A stretch of DNA of 64,000 nt from contig PKDL01000514.1 in the NCBI GenBank assembly GCA_002863065.1, positions 65 through 64,064 on the forward strand, read 5' to 3'. This document shows positions 1-9,367 of this stretch, piece by piece. Under the pieces are notes generated by a model. That model did not search any database, had not been told where the DNA came from, and worked only from the letters and a program-made list of their open reading frames with translations. Numbering within the stretch: the first letter of the stretch is position 1; each line of letters opens with the position of its first letter. Both the position numbers and the translations under genes were made by a program. This stretch comes from Pseudomonadota bacterium. Lineage in GTDB: Bacteria; Myxococcota_A; UBA9042; GCA-2863065.

Positions 1-2092
1 AACAAAACGCGTCGCACGGTGGCTTCTCATCCGGTCTTTGGAATCGCAGCAGAGCGGTCGAAAATCCACAGAATGGCTACAACACGTGCAAGCACTCGCC
101 AACGATCCCGAGCTCGCTGGGCCTGTCCACTACCGGCTCGCTGACTATTGGAAAAATCGGGGCGAACACGCCAAAGCAATAACGCATTACGATCAAGTGC
201 CAGCAAACTATATCCGCGCATTACAGGCGCGCATTTCATCCGTCAGGCTCTTGCTACGCTTAGGGAAAGCGAGCGATGCGTTGGCGGTGATCCGTCGAGC
301 CAATCCGATGCAATATAACTTGTATTCCAGACAGCAGCTCATATTGCTCGAAGCCGAATCTTTACGTGTACTTGGAAAAAAAAGCAAAGCCATCGAACTG
401 CTCTATGTCATTTGGTCAAACAATCCGAATAGCCCTCAAGGAAAGCGAGCAGAAAAAGCACTCCGAACGCTGCGAGCTCGTCCAACCTCAGCCGAGCGCT
501 TAGTTCAAGCATTTGCCTCCGTAAACAAGGCCACTCAGGACTCGCTACGAGGCCGTCTAAGAAAAATGCGCCGCAAGTACCGGCAAAGCGGCAAACATGC
601 ATTCAGTTTTGCAAAAGGCGTTATCGAGTCTGTGTCATCGAAAACGAGACGGTCATCTCTTCGTCATCTAAAACATGCGGCAACGTCGCCTCGGATGTTC
701 GTAGCGGGATACGCACTCTTGCGCCTAGCCGCGGCCCTCGATGAACTTGAACGTCCCTCTGAAGCACTCACTACTTTGGAAACACTCACGCGAAAATATC
801 CAGCACATCCCGCCGCAGCCGAAGCAATCACCAGAGCATCGGCGTTGGCCCGACGATTGCGGCAACGAAAACGCGCGGATCAGCTACTCGAAATGGGAGA
901 TAAACGGTACTCCGAACACCCTGGCCAGTTGACGTATCGCTGGAAAGCTGCTTGGCAGGCGTGGCGAACAAAGCGATTTAAATCGGCAGTACAACAATTC
1001 AGTGCCATCGCTCAGGACTTTGGCCCCCGAAGACATCTGGGCCAAGCCACCTGGTTCGAACGCGCGACCTACTGGCAGGCAAATAGTGAACTAGAGCTTG
1101 GTCATTTGCCACGCGCAGTAGAACTATGGAGCACTATAGTCCGTAACTTCCCGCTCTCCTACTACTCACATCAGGCATTCAACCGTCTAATGGAGCACAA
1201 ACCGGCTATCGCTAAACAAACCCGCCCATTCCCGCGCCTGGATCGTTACGATATACGGAGTCCCTCCGATCTAAGCGAACTAGAGATCGATATTACTGAT
1301 CCTGGAGTGCGACACGCCGCGTTCTTGACTCGCTGTGGGCTATTTCAAGACGCATTAGATGACCTGACATACCGCACTCGGACCGGCCGCCTCTCTCCAG
1401 ACGGCGTGTCGCTCCTAATCAGCCTGGCCATTCGCCTCGGACAGGTAGAGACCCGTCGCGCGCTATCCTGGTCTCGTGGGGGGGTTCCTCAATATCCGAA
1501 CAACGTGAACCTGAAACTTTGGCAGAATGCATATCCTTTGCCATTTTGGGATGACATTCAGAAAGCGGCGAAACGCTTTAGTCTATCCCCTTGGCTGATT
1601 ATCGCGCTGATACGTCACGAATCGCGATACAAAATAAAGGCATACTCGCGGTCCAAAGCGATCGGTCTCATGCAACTGCTGGTGAGTACTGCGCGGACGA
1701 TGGCCGACCGAATGGCGCCAGAGGTCGGGAGAATCACGCGTAAAACGCTCCAGCTACCTGAGGTGAACATCACCCTGGGAAGCGCATTCTTGTCTGGCCT
1801 GAAACGTGTCTTCAAGAACAACCCGGCGCTCATGCTTGCCGCGTATAACGCGGGTCCTGGGCGCGTCAAAGGGTGGTGGCGACAATCGATCCAAGACGAG
1901 CAACTTCGCACCGACGTTCTGGTCGAAGAGATTCCTTACCGAGAGACTCAAAGCTACGTGAAGTCTGTGATCGCCAGCTATGGAGTCTACCGATTCCTGT
2001 ACGGGGACCGGCAGACTGACAAACACCGCACAGTGCCTATCGATATGGAACTGCCGTCTGAATTGGGCTTGTTCTACTCCAAGGTCCCATAG
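1..2092 (+). CDS. Soluble lytic murein transglycosylase (TPR-like superhelical N-domain + SLT catalytic domain); 5' end probably outside the window (frame open to position 2, no signal peptide visible)
   Basis: C-terminal SLT signature ESRYKIKAYSRSKAIGLMQLL ... AAYNAGPGRV (catalytic Glu-Ser, GLMQ and AYNAG motifs); long alpha-helical repeat N-terminus typical of Slt70. Confidence 0.8.
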   Translation, partial: TKRVARWLLIRSLESQQSGRKSTEWLQHVQALANDPELAGPVHYRLADYWKNRGEHAKAITHYDQVPANYIRALQARISSVRLLLRLGKASDALAVIRRANPMQYNLYSRQQLILLEAESLRVLGKKSKAIELLYVIWSNNPNSPQGKRAEKALRTLRARPTSAERLVQAFASVNKATQDSLRGRLRKMRRKYRQSGKHAFSFAKGVIESVSSKTRRSSLRHLKHAATSPRMFVAGYALLRLAAALDELERPSEALTTLETLTRKYPAHPAAAEAITRASALARRLRQRKRADQLLEMGDKRYSEHPGQLTYRWKAAWQAWRTKRFKSAVQQFSAIAQDFGPRRHLGQATWFERATYWQANSELELGHLPRAVELWSTIVRNFPLSYYSHQAFNRLMEHKPAIAKQTRPFPRLDRYDIRSPSDLSELEIDITDPGVRHAAFLTRCGLFQDALDDLTYRTRTGRLSPDGVSLLISLAIRLGQVETRRALSWSRGGVPQYPNNVNLKLWQNAYPLPFWDDIQKAAKRFSLSPWLIIALIRHESRYKIKAYSRSKAIGLMQLLVSTARTMADRMAPEVGRITRKTLQLPEVNITLGSAFLSGLKRVFKNNPALMLAAYNAGPGRVKGWWRQSIQDEQLRTDVLVEEIPYRETQSYVKSVIASYGVYRFLYGDRQTDKHRTVPIDMELPSELGLFYSKVP

Positions 2093-2215
2093 CGACGCTA
2101 ACGCGATAGACCGCCAGGGGTAGCTTGGCTTGGCGCGATCCGGTACGTTGTGAATGCGTAAATGGCTTCGATACAGTGCAAGCTCAGCACACGACGATAA
2201 ATCCAAGGAGAATGT

Positions 2216-3400
2216 ATGCGCAAGACCCGAACCCTGTTGATGACGTTACTGTCGCTCACATGCGTCATGAGTGCATGCGGCTCAGACGACGCAGCCGATT
2301 CTGGTCCAGCCTGTGTCGAAACCATTTGTACGCCTGGCGAATCAGTCTGCCTCGACAATGTCGCCGCTACATGCTCCGACGACGGTAAACAGTGGCTTGC
2401 AACAGATTGTGGTGCTGAACAGGGATGCATAGCTGGTTCGTGCACCAACCGAGACGCCCGCTGCGTTGGTGCCACCAACCAATCCTTCTGCGTAGAAGGC
2501 AATGTGCGAGCGCGTATCACATGTACCGACAACGGCACTGCAGTCACATCAACCAACTGTGACCTCAGCTGTGCCGGGGGCGCATGCCGAGAAGCACCAT
2601 GCGAAGCAGGTACCACCGTTTGCGGTTTCCGTTCCATCGCGATTTGCCAAGAAAATGGAGTCAGCTGGACCCATGTGGAGTGCGAAGCAAATGAGGTTTG
2701 CTCGTCGGGGGAATGCGTCACCGAAACCTGTGTACCGCTGTCTCGTGGCTGTAAAGACGACACGACGGTACAAAATTGCAATGCAGATGGAACGGGATTC
2801 GTAGAGACCGTCTGTGCGGAAGACGAGTCCTGTATCGAGAGCACTGGCCAGTGCGAGAAAAACCTATGCAGTCCGCCGACAGATACCGATGGGAACGATA
2901 ATACAGACGGCGCGGACGCTGATGCTACCGGTGGAGCAGACGGCGAAGATGGCCCCCCGAGAGAAGAGGATACCTATGAGCCCCCCGAGCTAGAGCCTCT
3001 CGACACGGCGTTCGTGAACGTGAATGGAGAGAAAATCGACTTCACATCGAATAAGGGCGCGAATTACGTGGTCGCAGACCAAGACCTCCGTATCACCATG
3101 GACAAAGGCCAAACGAAAATCGAAATATCCATCTCCCCGATTGAAGAGTTTGACGTGGGCGTATTTGCGAGCAGTGAGGCGAGCGATGTCAGTGTACGGA
3201 TCTTCTACCACGACGGGTCACCACTGGTTGGTATGGCGCAATTCCGATATCAATCCGTTGACTACCTCATGGACTTGGAAAGCTTCCAAGCCAAGGGCGG
3301 TAGGGTGAAGGGAACGTTCAGTGGAACGTTCACGGAGGACGGAGGAGCTACGACAATTCCGTTCGAGGGCGGCCAATTCGATGTGAAGCGCAACCTGTAA
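2216..3400 (+). CDS. Secreted lipoprotein with four tandem ~45-aa cysteine-rich repeats plus C-terminal beta-rich domain
   Basis: Lipobox signal MRKTRTLLMTLLSLTCVMSAC; repeated pattern C..G..C....C..DG..W....C....C..GxC four times; RBS-like AAGGAG upstream. Confidence 0.6.
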   Translation: MRKTRTLLMTLLSLTCVMSACGSDDAADSGPACVETICTPGESVCLDNVAATCSDDGKQWLATDCGAEQGCIAGSCTNRDARCVGATNQSFCVEGNVRARITCTDNGTAVTSTNCDLSCAGGACREAPCEAGTTVCGFRSIAICQENGVSWTHVECEANEVCSSGECVTETCVPLSRGCKDDTTVQNCNADGTGFVETVCAEDESCIESTGQCEKNLCSPPTDTDGNDNTDGADADATGGADGEDGPPREEDTYEPPELEPLDTAFVNVNGEKIDFTSNKGANYVVADQDLRITMDKGQTKIEISISPIEEFDVGVFASSEASDVSVRIFYHDGSPLVGMAQFRYQSVDYLMDLESFQAKGGRVKGTFSGTFTEDGGATTIPFEGGQFDVKRNL

Positions 3401-3404
3401 CCCA

Positions 3405-4916
3405 ATGAGTGTGAGTACCAGCACCGGATCTATTCTCTTGAGTTCGGTCTCTGGACCGGAGCGGCGAGTGGCGCTGCTAGAAAATGGTGTTACCACCGAT
3501 GTCCTAATAGCGCCCGTGTCTGGCACGCGTATCGTAGGGAACATCTACAAGGGACGCGTGGTCCGCGTTCTTCCTGGCATGCAGTCCGCATTTGTTGAAA
3601 TTGGTCTCGAGCGCACTGCCTTTCTTTTCGCCGGTGATCTCGCCGCCGGGCAGAATGACGAATCGAGCGAGGAACCCGGACACGCGGAACCAGCGATACG
3701 ACCTATCACACCGATCGCAGACCAACTGTCTGAAGGGCAAGACCTCATTGTACAAATCGCAAAAGAGCCCATGGGAACAAAGGGCGCACGCGTCACAAGT
3801 CAGATTACGCTTCCCGGCCGACATGTGGTTTTCATGCCGACGGTTCGGCACGTCGGTGTGTCTCGGCGGATTCAAGATGAAACCGAAAGAGAACGACTGC
3901 GAACGATCGCTGAGTCGATGTGCCCCGAGGACGGAGGACTAATCGTACGCACAGCAGGTGAAGGGTTTGATGAAACCGCGCTACGGGAAGATCTAGCCCT
4001 CCTGCTCGAGCTATGGCGGGATATTTGTGAACGCGCTCAGCACGCGAAACCACCGACACTTTTACACTCCGATTTAGACCTTGCCCTGCAGTCCGCTCGA
4101 GATCTTCTACGGCCGGATTTTGAGGCGTTTTATGTCGACGACGTCCACGAATTTGACCGTATCGCTAAATTCCTCGAGCGATTTATGCCGCGCTGCAGAC
4201 ATTTGCTGCGCTTAGATGAAGAAGACCCGCCACTCTTCACCCGGTACGGCGTCGAGCACGACATCAGCCGCGCTATGGATCGCAAAGTCTGGTTGAAAAG
4301 CGGTGGCAGCATTGTGATCGATCAAACGGAGGCGTTGACGGCGATCGATGTAAACACTGGCCGATACGTCGGAAAAAGTAACTTTGAAGACACGGTTCTC
4401 AAGGCGAATCTGGAGGCCGTTCGAGAAATCGCCTACCAGCTACGATTACGGAATATCGGTGGTATCATCGTGATCGATTTCATCGACATGGCAAAGCCAG
4501 AATCGCGAGATGCCGTCTACCAAGCGCTGCTTGAGGCGCTGAGTCAGGATAAAGTCAGGACGAGGGTACTCCCGATGAGTCAACTCGGACTGATCGAGAT
4601 GACACGTAAACGAGTGAGACAGAGCCTGAACCGTATGATGGCTCAAACATGCCGCCGCTGTGAGGGTCGAGGTTGGATCCTTTCGCCAAATGAAATAGCG
4701 CGACAGGTATTGGTTCGGGTGCGAGACTTAATCGGTACACGACGGGACTTGAAACGTATTGAAATCCAGGCGCATAGCAAAGTCGTAGAGGTTGTATATG
4801 ATGACTATCGCGACCAGATTGAAGCCATCGAGCAAAGCCGTTGCGTAGAAATAGAAGTGACACGTGCCCAAGGCGGTTACATCGAGCACTTTGAAGTCAA
4901 ACCACGCCAAACCTAG
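3405..4916 (+). CDS. rng: Ribonuclease G/E family endoribonuclease (Rng/CafA-like)
   Basis: S1 domain GNIYKGRVVRVLPGMQSAFVEIG; RNase E/G catalytic block IVIDQTEALTAIDVNTGRYVGK; ~500 aa, no RNase E C-terminal scaffold. Confidence 0.85.
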   Translation: MSVSTSTGSILLSSVSGPERRVALLENGVTTDVLIAPVSGTRIVGNIYKGRVVRVLPGMQSAFVEIGLERTAFLFAGDLAAGQNDESSEEPGHAEPAIRPITPIADQLSEGQDLIVQIAKEPMGTKGARVTSQITLPGRHVVFMPTVRHVGVSRRIQDETERERLRTIAESMCPEDGGLIVRTAGEGFDETALREDLALLLELWRDICERAQHAKPPTLLHSDLDLALQSARDLLRPDFEAFYVDDVHEFDRIAKFLERFMPRCRHLLRLDEEDPPLFTRYGVEHDISRAMDRKVWLKSGGSIVIDQTEALTAIDVNTGRYVGKSNFEDTVLKANLEAVREIAYQLRLRNIGGIIVIDFIDMAKPESRDAVYQALLEALSQDKVRTRVLPMSQLGLIEMTRKRVRQSLNRMMAQTCRRCEGRGWILSPNEIARQVLVRVRDLIGTRRDLKRIEIQAHSKVVEVVYDDYRDQIEAIEQSRCVEIEVTRAQGGYIEHFEVKPRQT

Positions 4917-4927
4917 TTTTTCGCCTT

Positions 4928-5230
4928 ATGGATGAACGCAGACGGGCACCTCGGATAACGGTAAATGATGAGTTTGCACTGCTTGGCAGCGACATCACCG
5001 AATATGCGAGTAATCTCTCCAGTGGCGGTCTGTTTCTTCGCTGCGAATCGACTGTTCCGCTGGGAACGGAACTAGAACTCAATTTCTCGATACTTCTCGA
5101 CGATATCGAAGAGATTAAGGGACGTGGCGTAGTCGTGCACTTGGGGACATCAGATGAGCCAGGACTGGGTATCCGGTTTATCGCCCTAACGGAAAAAAGC
5201 CTGGCCTTACTGACCGCGTTAGAAGACTAA
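4928..5230 (+). CDS. PilZ domain c-di-GMP-binding protein
   Basis: RxxxR motif (RRRAPRITV) and D/NxSxxG motif (NLSSGGLFL) with correct spacing; 100 aa. Confidence 0.7.
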   Translation: MDERRRAPRITVNDEFALLGSDITEYASNLSSGGLFLRCESTVPLGTELELNFSILLDDIEEIKGRGVVVHLGTSDEPGLGIRFIALTEKSLALLTALED

Positions 5231-5245
5231 CACCGGCCCATTTCA

Positions 5246-5998
5246 TCAGCCTTCCGACTTAAGACGAGTGCGGAAACCGTAGATTTCACGAGCGATACGC
5301 TTGATACGCTGAGTGCTTGCTACTTTAGACACGCCATGCGCTCGAGGCCTCACGATCATCGGTCTAACCGTAACAGTGTACCCACGTCGTAGTGCACGGG
5401 CGATAAGCTCAAAAGAAAAAAAGAATGTGTCGCCGGGAATGGTGTCTAAGCCGATCTCTTCCACCGCTACTCGCCGCGGAAAAAGATAAATCCCCTCCAT
5501 CGTGAAGTTGATCCCGCAAGCCCATTGCATGGCTCTCCGGAAGCCAAAGCTCAATACTCGACGTTGTAATTCTCGCTGGTTTGAATGAAAGGTAGTGACG
5601 ATATCAGCTTCCTTCAACCCTGGAAGCAAGACCTCCAGCTCAGGCGTTGGATGCTGACCGTCACCCGCGATAATCGTAAAGTAGTCGGCTGTAGCTGCCG
5701 CAATACCGGTTTTCATGCCGGCACCCATGCCTCGGTTCGTACCATGCGTCAGCACTCGGACCCGATGGTCTGCTTCTGCAAAGCGTTGTGCAACTCTCAA
5801 TGTGCCGTCGCTCGATCCGTCATCAACCACCAAGAGCTCCCACTCTCGGACCCTGGCTGTTAGGAAATCGACAGATTCCTGCAACATCGCTGGGAGGTTT
5901 TCCTCCTCGTTGTAAGCCAAGACGATGACAGCCACAGAGGGACAATCGAGTATTTTCGACGGCCGCGACTTCCGATGCTTTGCGCTCAGGTCAACCAC
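5246..5998 (-). CDS. GT2 family glycosyltransferase (polyprenol-phosphate sugar transferase, ArnC/DPM1-like)
   Basis: VAVIVLAYNEEENL ... VVDDGSSDGT ... GMGAGM... motifs of GT-A fold family 2. Confidence 0.8.
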   Translation of the reverse strand: MVDLSAKHRKSRPSKILDCPSVAVIVLAYNEEENLPAMLQESVDFLTARVREWELLVVDDGSSDGTLRVAQRFAEADHRVRVLTHGTNRGMGAGMKTGIAAATADYFTIIAGDGQHPTPELEVLLPGLKEADIVTTFHSNQRELQRRVLSFGFRRAMQWACGINFTMEGIYLFPRRVAVEEIGLDTIPGDTFFFSFELIARALRRGYTVTVRPMIVRPRAHGVSKVASTQRIKRIAREIYGFRTRLKSEG

Positions 5999-6041
5999 CC
6001 TGCCTCCCTTCTGCTATCAATATCGGTGCACGCGCTCATCG

Positions 6042-7532
6042 CTAGGGCAGCACTAGCCGCCCCAATCCAGCATCGTTTACCAGCACAAGACTGGACGCTT
6101 CTACCACTGAAACCGCACGGGCGGTATTACCGCGCTGAAACCGTGACACAACATCCTCAAGATCCGTCTGCCGAGTCACCACATATCGATGTTTGCCCTC
6201 AGGATGAGTGATTGGACCGTCACCAATGGGGTGAACCTGGCCTACCATCTGATTCATAAGAATGGACTGTTGTATCGCAAGAAACCGTGGATCTGCCGCA
6301 AACATTTCGACGCGCTTACCTCCAGAGTAAAAAGTGAGTGCTGCGGTGGTGGTATTGAATGTCGCAGTCACATCCCCTTCCTTCGCATGCCGTGCCATTA
6401 GCTCGCCCAGTGCCTTCTGATCCGGCGCCAAATCAGCATCGATCCAAAGCGCCATACGCCCAGGCGACGCGGCAAAAATCACCACGACAAGCGAGCCGAT
6501 ACACCAGGACGCATATCGACGGCGCCACCAATCGCTCGGGACTGCTGCAGGAGCCATCAAAGCAAGTCCGATAATTAATGGGAATGCGTAGTGGGGGAGG
6601 CGTGTCGAGCTTATCACCATTGGCAAAAACGCAAAGACGGACCAAAGCCCCCCAACCCAGACCGCACGCGTGATTTTGCCAGTGCGATTCCGCACCCAAG
6701 CACTTCTAATCAATGCGACACATGCCCCAAACACCAACACTGCGTCTTGAAGTACGAGAACGAGCAGGTCGCGAAGAGATATCCCAGGAACTACTGGCCG
6801 TGTTGCTCGGTCGCCAACATGGTGACCAATATAGGCGGCCCAGAATGCAGTACCATGCCTGAGTGTCGCCAGGAGATGCCAAGGTGCCGCAACAAGTATT
6901 GCGACTGCCGCAGCTGTACCAACACCTCTGAGTGCGGTTCGCCAGTCCAATCCGTTTGCCAGAAATGCGACCAGCATGATGGAGAATATCAGTGGACCAG
7001 CTGCCACTCCCTTTGCCAGGATCGCCAGGCCAGCACCGACACCGGCGTGCTTCCAATGGCCCGATAATGTCATCTGCAAAGAGTAGAGACTACACGCGAC
7101 CAGTGGTAGATCAGTCATTAGTCGACGGGACATCATCACAAAATAAAAACTCGTCAGTAACAGCAAACAGCCTGCAACAGATGCGAGCGATGAGAGACCT
7201 AGTCGGCCGTAGATGCCGAAAAGACTCCAAATTGCCAGGGCAGCGAAACACGTAAGAGGCAGCCTCAATGCGGCTTCAGACCAACCCCCAATGCCTCCGG
7301 ATAGCGCCATCGACCAAATGAGCAACGGTGGCTTTTCGAACAGAACAGTTCCAGACCAACGATTATCTACCCAATCCCCGCTTACCCACATGCTACGCGC
7401 CATTTCAGCGTACAACGCGTCGTCTGAGTCGTAATGACTTCCGCTATCCATGCCGATAGCAAAAAAAACGAACGTGACCGCAGTCAGCAGAATGCCAATT
7501 CGTCGTTCATCTGAGTTGATAGGTGCATGCAC
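6042..7532 (-). CDS. GT-C fold membrane glycosyltransferase (ArnT/PMT family 39-like); start uncertain (ORF open to 7901, likely GTG near 7532 before first TM helix)
   Basis: Multi-pass membrane protein; conserved DDALYAEMARSMWVSGDWV loop-1 motif (DE-x-x-YAEIAREM in ArnT/PMT); adjacent to GT2 gene. Confidence 0.65.
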   Translation of the reverse strand: MHAPINSDERRIGILLTAVTFVFFAIGMDSGSHYDSDDALYAEMARSMWVSGDWVDNRWSGTVLFEKPPLLIWSMALSGGIGGWSEAALRLPLTCFAALAIWSLFGIYGRLGLSSLASVAGCLLLLTSFYFVMMSRRLMTDLPLVACSLYSLQMTLSGHWKHAGVGAGLAILAKGVAAGPLIFSIMLVAFLANGLDWRTALRGVGTAAAVAILVAAPWHLLATLRHGTAFWAAYIGHHVGDRATRPVVPGISLRDLLVLVLQDAVLVFGACVALIRSAWVRNRTGKITRAVWVGGLWSVFAFLPMVISSTRLPHYAFPLIIGLALMAPAAVPSDWWRRRYASWCIGSLVVVIFAASPGRMALWIDADLAPDQKALGELMARHAKEGDVTATFNTTTAALTFYSGGKRVEMFAADPRFLAIQQSILMNQMVGQVHPIGDGPITHPEGKHRYVVTRQTDLEDVVSRFQRGNTARAVSVVEASSLVLVNDAGLGRLVLP

Positions 7533-7831
7533 GGGCTGAAGTGTGAACGGCAGAGACCATTCCGGCAACTCCACACCGAAAACGCCGTGCGAAGCACTCA
7601 ACGAAACCGAAGCGGGGTGCACTCGTAGAACCGCTCGATGTGATACGCTGCACCTCGTTTTCAGAATAATATGGCCTCTGATTACGAACAAACGCTCGAT
7701 TTGGACATTGCGCCAATAGACCGTTCGGCGGCAAAATGCGGAGGTATCCGCGCGAGAACGTACCCATCGGGTAGTCACGGAGAAGGTGAGGTCTCCATGG
7801 TTGTGAACACCGATCAAGCACCGGAGAGTAG

Positions 7832-9367
7832 ATGCGACGCCGAGACTTTCTAAAACATGCAAGCGCGATGGGGCTAGCCGCTGGGTTGACCGGCAGACCA
7901 CAGACCGCGCGGGCAGCTACCTCAATCTGGGGCCAGTACCCTGACTTCGCACTTCCCGCCCTGCTGCCGGCAGAAAAACGAGCAAAAAATGTTCTCGATA
8001 TCTTTCTATATGGTGGGCTGTCTCCGTGGGAGACATTTTACGTCGTGCCCGAATACGGGACTCCCGATAATCCGACGAATCCAAACCAGCAGTGGTGGAC
8101 CTTCCAATCAGGCGTAGATAGCGTCGAAAATGTCTATAACGGATGCTTTGGGGACGCCAAGCCACCCATGCTTCAACCATTTGGGGTGGACTACAACGGA
8201 AAAGAGGTCAACCTCGGACCATTCAGTGAGCCGTTGCGATCACGCGCCGACATCATTTCCAGGCTACGGATGCACGTGGTTACCCACTCCCTGGAGCCGC
8301 ATGAAGCAGCCATACCGTATGCAATGAGTGGTTTCCGGTTGGGTCAGCCAAAACTCGCGGGACTTGGTGCGGCTATCCAGCATTATTATCAAGCGCAGGC
8401 TCCAGTAATTACCGCAGAGCCATATGCGTATGTGCTCTATTCGCCCGGCGACTTTCCGACCGACAACCTGCGAGCCGCAAGCTCCATCGGCCTTCATCCT
8501 GGTTCCGCTCGCCCACTGGCCATTCGGGTAGAGGCAAATACATCCTTTATTGACGCACTCCAGCGACAGACGGTGTCTAGCGTCCGCCCGCAGTACGACG
8601 CCCTAATAAATCACTACCGACAAAAATATAAAGAACGCCTGCTTTACCCAGGTGCGGTGGAACCAACCCGCTCGCAAACCATGGCGGACTACAATTTCTC
8701 GATAGATACGCTTCAGCAAACAGATGCGCTCGTGGACATCCTCGAACCAAGCTACTTCAGCAGTGTGGCAGGCAGTCAATGTGGTCAAAATAGCAACAAC
8801 AACTTCCCGCGTATGGGGCTACAGCTTGCGGCCCACCTCCTTACACGAGAAAACTCAAAAGCAAGATACGTAAATGTCGTGGACGGGGGACTCATCCCAG
8901 CCTCTGGTGGTGGCGGATACGATACGCATAGCAAGCATGTCCAAGACTCCGCTCGTAATCTGAAGAACCTGTGGACTGAGCTCATTGCAATCATCAACGA
9001 GCCCGGCGAAAACGATCCAAACAAACTCAACTTGGATGAGACGCTCATCTGTATCAACACCGAGTTCGGTCGGACTCCCTGGCCCCAAGGCAACGACGGA
9101 CGGAATCATCATCCGTACGCTTATGTCACCTGCATGTTCGGTGGCCCGGTGTCCAATGATTCACAAGGCATCGTCGGAGCCATCGGACCTGATGGATATG
9201 CCTCCGGTGCATTGCATCCAGCTGAAAGCCGCGCTGCCATTCTGTCGGCGCTGGGGATCTACCCATTCGCCCCAGAGTGCTATGCCGTAAGCGATGTCTA
9301 TGGAGCCGGTTCAGAGACAGACGCGGGAATCTGGCTCAATGAAATGGTACTTGGGGTGCAATCATGA
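7832..9367 (+). CDS. DUF1501 family protein (sulfatase-like fold), Tat-secreted
   Basis: Twin-arginine signal MRRRDFLKHASAMGLAAGL...ARA; GGGYDTHSKH (WDTH-type) motif; 4-nt overlap with downstream PSCyt/DUF1553 gene. Confidence 0.65.
   Translation: MRRRDFLKHASAMGLAAGLTGRPQTARAATSIWGQYPDFALPALLPAEKRAKNVLDIFLYGGLSPWETFYVVPEYGTPDNPTNPNQQWWTFQSGVDSVENVYNGCFGDAKPPMLQPFGVDYNGKEVNLGPFSEPLRSRADIISRLRMHVVTHSLEPHEAAIPYAMSGFRLGQPKLAGLGAAIQHYYQAQAPVITAEPYAYVLYSPGDFPTDNLRAASSIGLHPGSARPLAIRVEANTSFIDALQRQTVSSVRPQYDALINHYRQKYKERLLYPGAVEPTRSQTMADYNFSIDTLQQTDALVDILEPSYFSSVAGSQCGQNSNNNFPRMGLQLAAHLLTRENSKARYVNVVDGGLIPASGGGGYDTHSKHVQDSARNLKNLWTELIAIINEPGENDPNKLNLDETLICINTEFGRTPWPQGNDGRNHHPYAYVTCMFGGPVSNDSQGIVGAIGPDGYASGALHPAESRAAILSALGIYPFAPECYAVSDVYGAGSETDAGIWLNEMVLGVQS

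Noticed and set aside
2098-2844. 248-aa minus-strand ORF
   Set aside because: It is antisense to the Cys-rich lipoprotein gene, which has a lipobox, RBS and repeat structure, and it has no motifs.
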